Shown here: positions 40,649-48,481 of the stretch, one piece after another | How positions within the stretch are numbered: the stretch's first letter is position 1 | Layout: each line of letters starts with the position of its first letter | From: an uncultured Candidatus Saccharibacteria bacterium | GTDB taxonomy: Bacteria > Patescibacteriota > Minisyncoccia > Phycocordibacterales > UBA9973 | DNA length: 64,000 bases | Assembly: GCA_964354985.1 (NCBI GenBank) | Contig: CAYHBR010000001.1 | Coordinates: forward strand, 18,407 to 82,406 | Direction of reading: 5' to 3' | Notes under the pieces: model-generated | Databases searched by the model: none | Told to the model about the DNA's origin: nothing | What the model saw: only the letters and a program-made list of their open reading frames with translations | Made by a program: the position numbers and the translations under genes

Positions 40649-41053
40649 TTATCTATTAAGATAAGTGATGCTTATCTGCAAACAGGTAGCAAATGTTCCC
40701 CACAAAAGGTACGGGATATTGACGTAGACAACCCAGCGGAGCTCAGATGACGCATGCCAAATAGCAGATAGTGCCCATACAAGAGTGCAGAGAACGAGGA
40801 TGATATCGATCGAAGCAAGTATGTTGTTTTTAAGGCCAAATTGAAAATAAGTGAACAAAAAATTGAAAAGTAAATTGAGTGCAAATGGCAATGCAACTAT
40901 CCACGGAATGTTTTTTGTGAATGCTTTATAAAATACAGTGCCAAATGAAAAAATAATAATAGTATATAGTACTGTCCAAACTGGCCCAAAAAGCCACGAA
41001 GGCGGTGCCCATGTTGGTTTTATCAATTGTGAATACCAGTTGTATGTGTTCAT
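40649..41053 (-). CDS. TspO/MBR-family tryptophan-rich protein
   Basis: WYSQLIKPTWAPPSWLFGPVWTVLY...PYLLWGTFA. Confidence 0.92.
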   Translation of the reverse strand: MNTYNWYSQLIKPTWAPPSWLFGPVWTVLYTIIIFSFGTVFYKAFTKNIPWIVALPFALNLLFNFLFTYFQFGLKNNILASIDIILVLCTLVWALSAIWHASSELRWVVYVNIPYLLWGTFATCLQISITYLNR

Positions 41054-41127
41054 AATATTATTATAACATCTTACATTAAAAAACAAAAAGCCCCTTTTAA
41101 AGGATGGCTTTTTATTAAAAATTCTTG

Positions 41128-41199
41128 CGCGGCTGATGGGTGCTGACCCCACGACCTTTCCCGTGACAGGGGAATATTCTACCGTTGAACTACAGCCGC
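41128..41199 (-). tRNA. tRNA-Asp(GTC)
   Basis: TTCCC-CT GTC AC-GGGAA; G73; atypical T-loop GTCAGCA. Confidence 0.9.
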
Positions 41200-41247
41200 A
41201 ACTTAACTAAATTACCATAAAACCATCGGAATTGCCACCTTGCAATG

Positions 41248-41321
41248 TGTCGGGGGAGAGAATCGGACTCTCGACCTGACGCTTATGAAGCGCCCGCTCT
41301 TACCAACTGAGCTACCCCGAC
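41248..41321 (-). tRNA. tRNA with CAT anticodon (elongator Met or Ile2)
   Basis: GGCGC-TT CAT AA-GCGTC; G1-C72 paired. Confidence 0.92.
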
Positions 41322-41427
41322 AATAGCGACAATATAACATATTTTTATCTTAATTCAAGGTTTTATACTTAAAAAAAATTATCCGATAAAAAAAGACCCA
41401 CATCTCTGTGAGTATTTTTTTATCTTG

Positions 41428-41746
41428 TTGCGGGGCCACGAATCGAACGTGGGTCTTAAGGTTATGCATACCGCTACAGTTTTCACTGCAATTGCTTTTT
41501 GTGGTCTGGACTATGCCTTCACCCATTTGCGCAAACCGATTGGTTATTACAAATTAGGGGTCTGCCGTCTAGTCTCTACACCTTCAATAAAATTGTTTAA
41601 CGAATTTTAAAGCTTGGCTCGGCGTTGTCATTTGTCGTACTTTCTTATAACAAGAAGATTTCACCGAATTTGACAGATATTCCACTAGCTATTACTGGCT
41701 AGTGAGCCCAATTGAGCCTTACGAGATACCTCTTCTCTACCCCGCG
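41428..41746 (-). tRNA. Initiator tRNA-fMet(CAT) interrupted by a group I intron (exons 41746-41715 and 41466-41428)
   Basis: Joined exons give CGCGGGGTAGAGAAGAGGTATCTCGTAAGGCT|CATAACCTTAAGACCCACGTTCGATTCGTGGCCCCGCAA with a C1:A72 mismatch. Confidence 0.92.
41467..41714 (-). ncRNA. Group I self-splicing intron (248 nt, no ORF)
   Basis: Inserted after U33, ends in G, P1 with U.G at the 5' splice site, core motifs AAATTCGGTGAA, AACGCCGAGC, GTAGAGACTAG, AAGGCATAGTCC. Confidence 0.92.
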
Positions 41747-41870
41747 ATGTCGCAAAACATTGCCCAACAATGATACCACAGTTTTGCTTTTTTGCAATTT
41801 TTAAGAATAGTGTTTTGTGGACAGATACAGGGGCTTCATTTAGCTGATTTAGCGTGGTAGTATTGTCTGT

Positions 41871-43706
41871 ATGAATGAAGCACAAAACTCACAGAACTCG
41901 GAGGAGAAATTGCACGCTCTCCGCCACACCCTCGCTCACCTTTTGGGGGCATCGGTACTGAAACTTTACCCTGGTTCCAAGCTCACTCTCGGACCTTCTG
42001 TCGATAATGGTTTCTACTACGACATAGATATGACAAGCGCCGACGGCGGCAAAAGCGGTACTGTTGGCGGTGGTGGTAATGGGGGCACTGGTTTCAAAAT
42101 CGGCGATGCTGACATGCCAAAAATCGAAGCTGTCATGCGTGAACTTTTGCCAACATGGACGAAAATGGAACGCCGTGAAGTTTCAGCAGACGAAGCAAAA
42201 GAGATCTTTGCTGGCAATGAATTTAAACACGAACTGATTGAAGAATACTCCGCAACTGGTTTGACAACATACACATCCGGCGCTGGTAGCGCGCACGAAT
42301 TTACTGACCTTTGCCGTGGTGGTCATCTCGAAAATCCAGCCAAAGAAATCGATCCGAATGGCTTCAAACTCGACCGCATCGCTGGCGCGTACTGGCGTGG
42401 TAGTGAGAAAAATAAAATGCTCACTCGTATATACGGTCTAGCATTTGAAGATGAAGAAAAACTTAAGGAATATTTGGCGATGCGCATTGAAGCTGAAAAA
42501 AATGATCATCGCAAACTCGGGGCTGAAATGGACATCTTTGCCTTCGACGACGATGTCGGTGCCGGTCTTCCACTTTGGCTGCCAAACGGTGGTGTGCTTA
42601 CAGAAGAACTAGAGAAACTCGCCAAAGAAACAGAATTCCTCGCTGGCTACGACCGTGTCAAAACTCCGCACCTCGCCAAAGAGTCGATGTATAAAACATC
42701 TGGCCATCTTCCCTACTACGAAGATTCAATGTATCCGCCAATGGAATATGATGGAGGTAAATATTATTTGCGGGCCATGAACTGTCCGCACCACCACAAA
42801 GTTTTTGACGCACGACCAAAGTCATACCGCGACTTGCCACTCCGCCTCGCTGAATACGGCACAGTTTATCGTCATGAAAAATCTGGAGAACTTTTCGGTT
42901 TGATGCGAGTGCGTTCACTTTCGATGAACGACGCACACATTTACTGCACCGAAGAACAATTTGCCGATGAATTTCGCGCGGTCAATGAAATGTATTTGAA
43001 ATATTTCAAAATTTTTGGGATAGAAAAATATGTCATGCGCCTCTCCACTCACGATCCAAAAAAACTTGGTGAAAAATATGTTGATGAACCAGAACTTTGG
43101 AAAAAAACTGAAGATATGGTGCGCAACGTTTTAATTGAATCAAATATTCCATTTATTGAAGTTCCCAACGAAGCTGCTTTTTATGGTCCTAAAATTGATG
43201 TGCAAGTTTGGAGTGCGATTGGTCGTGAGTTTACTCTTGCCACAAACCAAGTCGACTTTGCAGTTCCGGCTCGCTTTGGACTTGTTTACACAGACAAAGA
43301 CGGTACGCAAAAAACACCACTTTGCATTCACCGCGCGCCACTCGGCACACACGAACGCTTTATCGGATTCCTGATCGAACATTACGCTGGCAACTTCCCT
43401 ACTTGGCTCGCACCACTTCAAGTTGCTATTGTTCCAGTTCGCGAAAATCACACCGAAGCCGCTCGAGCACTTGCGCAAAAACTCCGCGAACAAATGATCC
43501 GCGCTGAAATCTACGATGACAGCAACAGCCTTGGTAAAAGAATCCATACAGCAAAAGCCATGCATACGCCGTACACTATTGTGCTTGGCGACAAGGAAAT
43601 CGAAAGCGGCAATCTCTCAATCGAACTTCGCAATGGTGAAAAAATGCAAACAAACGAGGCTGATTTTATTGCGAAATTGATTGAAGAAATTAAGGAGAGA
43701 AAATAA
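41871..43706 (+). CDS. thrS: Threonyl-tRNA synthetase
   Basis: RHTLAHL, DLCRGGH, AMNCPHH, YRHEKSG, FYGPKID, IHRA. Confidence 0.98.
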   Translation: MNEAQNSQNSEEKLHALRHTLAHLLGASVLKLYPGSKLTLGPSVDNGFYYDIDMTSADGGKSGTVGGGGNGGTGFKIGDADMPKIEAVMRELLPTWTKMERREVSADEAKEIFAGNEFKHELIEEYSATGLTTYTSGAGSAHEFTDLCRGGHLENPAKEIDPNGFKLDRIAGAYWRGSEKNKMLTRIYGLAFEDEEKLKEYLAMRIEAEKNDHRKLGAEMDIFAFDDDVGAGLPLWLPNGGVLTEELEKLAKETEFLAGYDRVKTPHLAKESMYKTSGHLPYYEDSMYPPMEYDGGKYYLRAMNCPHHHKVFDARPKSYRDLPLRLAEYGTVYRHEKSGELFGLMRVRSLSMNDAHIYCTEEQFADEFRAVNEMYLKYFKIFGIEKYVMRLSTHDPKKLGEKYVDEPELWKKTEDMVRNVLIESNIPFIEVPNEAAFYGPKIDVQVWSAIGREFTLATNQVDFAVPARFGLVYTDKDGTQKTPLCIHRAPLGTHERFIGFLIEHYAGNFPTWLAPLQVAIVPVRENHTEAARALAQKLREQMIRAEIYDDSNSLGKRIHTAKAMHTPYTIVLGDKEIESGNLSIELRNGEKMQTNEADFIAKLIEEIKERK

Positions 43707-43754
43707 ATTTCTTAGTAAAAAATAAAATATTAATAATTTTTTTAGTAAACTAAA

Positions 43755-44263
43755 TTAATTTGCCGTTTTATATTTTGTGATATTAAATGTTGGAAAAGGT
43801 ATTCCCGAGCCAGTAACACAATTTGTTGTTGTTGGAAATGTTTCGTAAAATCCTAAAATCCACTGACCGCTCCGCACTGCAGTTTTGGATTGTTCTCTGC
43901 TATATGCACTATTTGCAGATCCTGCTTCGCTATGTAGTTGAGAATTTTCATCGAGTAAACTTTGGCTTGGAGTAATTCCTTGTTGACCAAGCAGTGCAAG
44001 GTTATCGTCACTTGCTTTTGCCCTAGATGAGGCTGATTTCATTGTTTCGTACAACTCTTTTATTTTTGCACTAAATATCGAATACGGATAAACCGGACTC
44101 ATTCCTGCGGGTTTTATTAAAATAGGTCCTGTCCCCATACAAGTAACCCCCGGTGTAAATGTTGTTAATATTCTCCCACCAAAACCTCTTGTACCCCCCC
44201 CATTGCAAATGAAGTAATCGGAATAGCAGTAATTAAGCAAAGAATTATAATTTTATTTTTCAT
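43755..44263 (-). pseudogene. Secreted protein frameshifted at a G8 tract (candidate phase-variable gene)
   Basis: ATG 44263 encodes signal peptide MKNKIIILCLITAIPITSFA, then G8 (44194-44201) shifts it out of frame with the GTRGFGGRI... body. Confidence 0.75.
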
Positions 44264-44358
44264 ACAATAATATTAACATATAAAAAAATCTGCAACAAAA
44301 TTTTTTTATATATTTTCAAAAATTCTTAAGACAGATCTGCTCCCATAACTATAGAAAC

Positions 44359-46500
44359 CTAGATATCCAGTTTCGCCATCTTGGCATTGGACTGGATGAA
44401 GCTCTTGCGTGGCGCAACTTCAGAGCCCATGAGTGTGTCGAAAACTTTGTTGGCTTCTTCGGCGTCGTCGATAGTAACTTGCTTGAGAATGCGCTTGGCA
44501 GGATCCATGGTTGTTTCCCAAAGCTCATCGGCATTCATTTCGCCGAGACCTTTGTAGCGTTGGATGTGGATTTTGTTGGCAGCTTTTTTGCCTTTTGCTT
44601 CGGTTTCTTCTTCGGTTTCATCGGCACCAGTGTCTCCTGAACCACCTGCCTCGTCGTCAAGGGCTTCTATTTCTTCTATCTCAACATCGCCTCCAGTTAT
44701 CTTGTTTTTTTCTTCATCTGAATATGCATAGGAAATCTGTTTGCCCTGTTTTATTTTATACAGCGGTGGCTGTGCGATGTAAACATAGCCGGCATCGATC
44801 ACACTTCGGAAATAACGGAACATAAGGGTCAAAATAAGTGTACGAATGTGCGCGCCGTCAACATCGGCATCGGTTGCCAGGATAATTTTGTGATAGCGAA
44901 TTTTCGAAATATCGAGCGTGTCGCCGATCGAAGTTCCCATCGCAATGACGAGATTTTTGATCTGCTCACTACCGAGCATGCGGTCGAGTCTGGCTCGTTC
45001 AACATTTAAAATTTTACCACGCAAAGGAAGCACGGCTTGCGTCTTTCGGTCGCGACCCATTTTGGCAGTACCGCCGGCCGAGTCTCCCTCTACAATGAAA
45101 ACTTCTGACTCACTGGCGTCTTTGCTCTGACAATCTGCGAGTTTGCCCGGAAGTGTCATGCCTTCAAGTGCGCCTTTGCGGAGAATAGAATCCTTGGCAG
45201 CTTTGGCGGCTTTGCGAGCGCGAAGTGCAAGAACGGCTTTGCCGATAATACCTTTGGCATCGTCAGGATTTTCTTCGAGGTACTGCTCGAAGGCTTCACC
45301 GAAAACTTTTTGGACTGCACCCTGTGCTTCGGTTGAACCGAGCTTGGCTTTGGTTTGACCTTCAAACTGGATTTCAGCAAGCTTGACGGAAATTATCGCA
45401 GTCAAACCTTCGAGTACATCGTCGCCGGTAAATCCACCATCGGCTTCTTTGAGTACAGAATTTTTCTTGGCGAAGCTGTTGACCAAACGAGTGAGCGCCA
45501 TTTTGAAACCAGCGACATGGGTTCCGCCTTCAGCTGTGTAGATATTGTTGGCAAATGGCATGAGCCTGTCTGCCATATCGTCGACATACTGGAGCGCAAC
45601 TTCAACGCCGACGCCATCGATTTCTTTTTCAACATAGAAAATTTTATCGTGAACAGGCTTGAGGTGCTTGTTGGTGAATTTGACGAGCGAAACGAGACCG
45701 CCTTCAAAAAAGAACGAGACGGATGGAAGTTCGAGGTCAAGGTCTTTGATCCAGTAAGTGTCAGTGTCGTCTATTGTTGCGCCTTTTTTTGAGACTGTTT
45801 TTTCATCATTATTTTTTTCATCACCGTACCCACGCGCGTCGACGATTTCTATACGAAGTGAACTTACCAAATATGCTTGCTGACGCAAATGGTTGACGAT
45901 TGTTTCAAAATTGAAAGTTGTATCTGGAAAAATAATACCGTCTGGCTGGAAAGTAATAATCGTACCGTTTTTCTTTGACGCGTCGACTTTTTTGACGGCA
46001 GCTTTTTTCTTGCCTTGCGAATATTCTTGGACAAACTTACCTCCTTCACGATGGACTTCAGCACGAGTATAAATAGAAAGTGCGTTGACGACAGAGGCGC
46101 CGACACCGTGCAAACCGCCAGAAACTTTGTAGCCAGATTCATCGCCACCAAATTTGCCGCCAGCGTGGAGTGTCGTCATGACAGTTTCAAGAGCCGAGAC
46201 TTTAGTTTTTGAGTGAATACCAGTTGGAATACCGCGACCGTTGTCGGCAACACGGATTTTGTTTCCCGGCAAAAGCACGACTTCGATACGATTACAAAAA
46301 CCACCCATGGCTTCGTCGCGCGAGTTGTCGAAAATTTCCCAAATGAGGTGATGCAGACCGTCAATGCCTGTCGTACCAATGTACATACCAGGGCGTTTGC
46401 GAACTGGTTCGAGACCTTCAAGGACGGAAATAGCCTCCGCACCGTAATTGCCTTTCTTAGTCTTTTCTTTGGTTTCTTTCTGTTCTGATTCTTTGGCCAT
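44359..46500 (-). CDS. gyrB: DNA gyrase subunit B
   Basis: VRKRPGMYIG, LHAGGKF, SGGLHGVG, VEGDSAGG, PLRGK, TDADVDG, QRYKGLGEM. Confidence 0.97.
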   Translation of the reverse strand: MAKESEQKETKEKTKKGNYGAEAISVLEGLEPVRKRPGMYIGTTGIDGLHHLIWEIFDNSRDEAMGGFCNRIEVVLLPGNKIRVADNGRGIPTGIHSKTKVSALETVMTTLHAGGKFGGDESGYKVSGGLHGVGASVVNALSIYTRAEVHREGGKFVQEYSQGKKKAAVKKVDASKKNGTIITFQPDGIIFPDTTFNFETIVNHLRQQAYLVSSLRIEIVDARGYGDEKNNDEKTVSKKGATIDDTDTYWIKDLDLELPSVSFFFEGGLVSLVKFTNKHLKPVHDKIFYVEKEIDGVGVEVALQYVDDMADRLMPFANNIYTAEGGTHVAGFKMALTRLVNSFAKKNSVLKEADGGFTGDDVLEGLTAIISVKLAEIQFEGQTKAKLGSTEAQGAVQKVFGEAFEQYLEENPDDAKGIIGKAVLALRARKAAKAAKDSILRKGALEGMTLPGKLADCQSKDASESEVFIVEGDSAGGTAKMGRDRKTQAVLPLRGKILNVERARLDRMLGSEQIKNLVIAMGTSIGDTLDISKIRYHKIILATDADVDGAHIRTLILTLMFRYFRSVIDAGYVYIAQPPLYKIKQGKQISYAYSDEEKNKITGGDVEIEEIEALDDEAGGSGDTGADETEEETEAKGKKAANKIHIQRYKGLGEMNADELWETTMDPAKRILKQVTIDDAEEANKVFDTLMGSEVAPRKSFIQSNAKMAKLDI

Positions 46501-46523
46501 ATATGACGATATTATAGCAGATT

Positions 46524-47627
46524 TTAGATGGAAATGCGAGGGATTTTAGGTGGAAATTGCTGGGTTTTTGGTCCGATTTTGGTGGGTTTTCTAAAATTAT
46601 ATATAATCGTTTGCTTAAGTCGATGAGTATTCCCATGACTAAGTAATCCAATATAAGATGTTGTAGTTGCACCTGATTGTCTCTGTCTTAAATTTCTGAA
46701 CATTCTCTTTTTGGTAGATGTCCTTGGCACTCGATGGTACGGGAAATGCACCCAACCGAGAAAATCCACACCTGAGGCAAATGTTTTTATAAATACCTTA
46801 TCAGGATGCAAGGATAGATTGAGTCTTGTCTCTAGAAATGCCGATATTTTTGGCAGAACATCTTCTAAGTATTTTTTGTCTTTATGAAGGATAACAAAAT
46901 CATCCGCATATCTGACGCAGTATGTAATTTTCAAATCTCTCTTAAGAAAGTGATCGAACTCGTTCATATAAATGTTCACTAAAAGTTGGCTCGTGAGATT
47001 ACCAAGAGGTAGTCCGACGCTGTGCCTGTCTTTTGTGTTGAAACTGCCGACAATCTCCTTGAAAAGCCGTATTATATCTTCATCTCCCATTCGGAGTTTC
47101 AAAATATCTTCCAAGATTCTGTGATCAATATTCGCAAAAAACTTTCTGATGTCGCATTTCAGCACCCACATAGTCTGCGTATGATTTTTAGAAACCTTAA
47201 GCGCATAGTTTCGAAATCTATCAAGCGCGCGGTGTGTGCCTTTGCCTCGACGACATGAGTACGAATCAAAAATAAATTTGGTGTCAAAATATGGATACAA
47301 AATCCTATAAATAGCATGGTGGAGAAGCCGATCGCGGACACTTGCCTTGTGAATGTCCCGAGGCTTTGGGTCGTTGATACGAAAAGCTTTGTACGGACCG
47401 TGACGGTATGTCTTGTCGACAAGTTCACGGTGAAGGGCAAGTATATTATCGGTTAGATGCACTGAAAATTGGGCGACATCTTTACGGTTCCGTTTTCCGC
47501 GCAGGAATTCTCGCCACGCAACAAGTAAGTTTTCCACCGAAATGATATTATTGTAGGTATGAATCAACCGACTAATACCCCCCCCCCGAATTTCGTACAG
47601 CAACGCCTCGATCCTGAGCAGGATCAA
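46524..47627 (-). CDS. DGR reverse transcriptase
   Basis: KPRDI..VRDRLLH, SYSCRRGKGTH, CDIRKFF, GLPLGNLTSQ, RYADDF; by homology to RT1 the true start may be near 47567-47576, downstream of the G10 tract. Confidence 0.96.
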   Translation of the reverse strand: MILLRIEALLYEIRGGGISRLIHTYNNIISVENLLVAWREFLRGKRNRKDVAQFSVHLTDNILALHRELVDKTYRHGPYKAFRINDPKPRDIHKASVRDRLLHHAIYRILYPYFDTKFIFDSYSCRRGKGTHRALDRFRNYALKVSKNHTQTMWVLKCDIRKFFANIDHRILEDILKLRMGDEDIIRLFKEIVGSFNTKDRHSVGLPLGNLTSQLLVNIYMNEFDHFLKRDLKITYCVRYADDFVILHKDKKYLEDVLPKISAFLETRLNLSLHPDKVFIKTFASGVDFLGWVHFPYHRVPRTSTKKRMFRNLRQRQSGATTTSYIGLLSHGNTHRLKQTIIYNFRKPTKIGPKTQQFPPKIPRISI

Positions 47628-47637
47628 AGAGGGATAT

Positions 47638-47961
47638 TTGATTTGGGTTAGTATTGTTCCGCATATTGCTAAAGGTGCTCGCTATACGATAGGTTCACGA
47701 ATTGAGAATAAATTCCTCGACCTGCTTGAACTTTCATACATTGCTTATTTTATAGAAAAAGATAAGAAAGAGGGAAAAATCACACAATGCATTTTAATGT
47801 TGGATACACTAAAGTTTCTTGTTTCTGTTGCATGGGAGGGTAAACTGATTTCAAATGCACACTGCGAGAATGTGGCATTGAAACTCGAAGAAGTCGGCAA
47901 GATGTTTGGTGGTTGGAAGAAAAATCTCGCAAATCCCGAAAAGAAAAACCGCGATCTATAA
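47638..47961 (+). CDS. avd: Avd-like four-helix-bundle accessory protein (probable true start ATG 47559, out of frame across C10)
   Basis: RYTIGSRIENKFLDLLE...KLEEVGKMFGGW; located between TR and RT. Confidence 0.88.
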   Translation: MIWVSIVPHIAKGARYTIGSRIENKFLDLLELSYIAYFIEKDKKEGKITQCILMLDTLKFLVSVAWEGKLISNAHCENVALKLEEVGKMFGGWKKNLANPEKKNRDL

Positions 47962-47994
47962 AAACTATAGCAGTCGCGGAAAAGAAAATAGTTT

Positions 47995-48123
47995 CGGAGA
48001 CGGAACACGAACTTGTTGTCCGGATTCCACTCATTACCCTGTTTCGCCCAATTGTTGTTCAGCCACAAACCATCACCGTCGCGTTTGAGATTGAAGACGT
48101 TCGAGTTACCGTCAGAGTCAGTA
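47995..48123 (-). repeat. DGR2 template repeat (TR)
   Basis: 129-bp match to 48498-48626; AAC/AAT-rich. Confidence 0.96.
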
Positions 48124-48402
48124 TTTGTGCGGCATGCCATCTGTGTCACTGCCGACTTAAGCGCACCATGTGCCAGAAGCCGTGCTGTATTGGTATGCGT
48201 GATCTAACCCAGTAGGCGATCCTGTTGGATCGAAATCACCCAGCGCGTCGCACCAAGTTTTTTCTTTTTAAAGACCTCTATGTAAATCCTCCGCGAAAAG
48301 CCGTAACCGTTCGCGCTCTCAATCCACACGAAGTAAATTGGTCTTGAAAAACCGTAGCCGTTCAATGAAACCAATCTAGAAATAGTATACCAAAAAAACT
48401 GA

Positions 48403-48417
48403 ACTCGCTTCGCGAGT
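48403..48417 (-). promoter_or_regulatory. GAA-triloop hairpin downstream of VR2 (candidate retrohoming cis element)
   Basis: ACTCGC-GAA-GCGAGT on the minus strand, about 65 bp after the target stop codon. Confidence 0.6.
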
Positions 48418-48481
48418 AAATGCCAAAGGGTCAAAGAACCCAAGAGTCAAAGAATCAGAAAAATACAAAGAAACAATTGGT

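Noticed and set aside
41425-41610. 61-aa ORF over the intron as a homing endonuclease
   Set aside because: Antisense, too short and without LAGLIDADG, HNH or GIY-YIG motifs.
47745-48149. 134-aa minus-strand ORF over TR2
   Set aside because: Same artefact: TR2 plus antisense avd.
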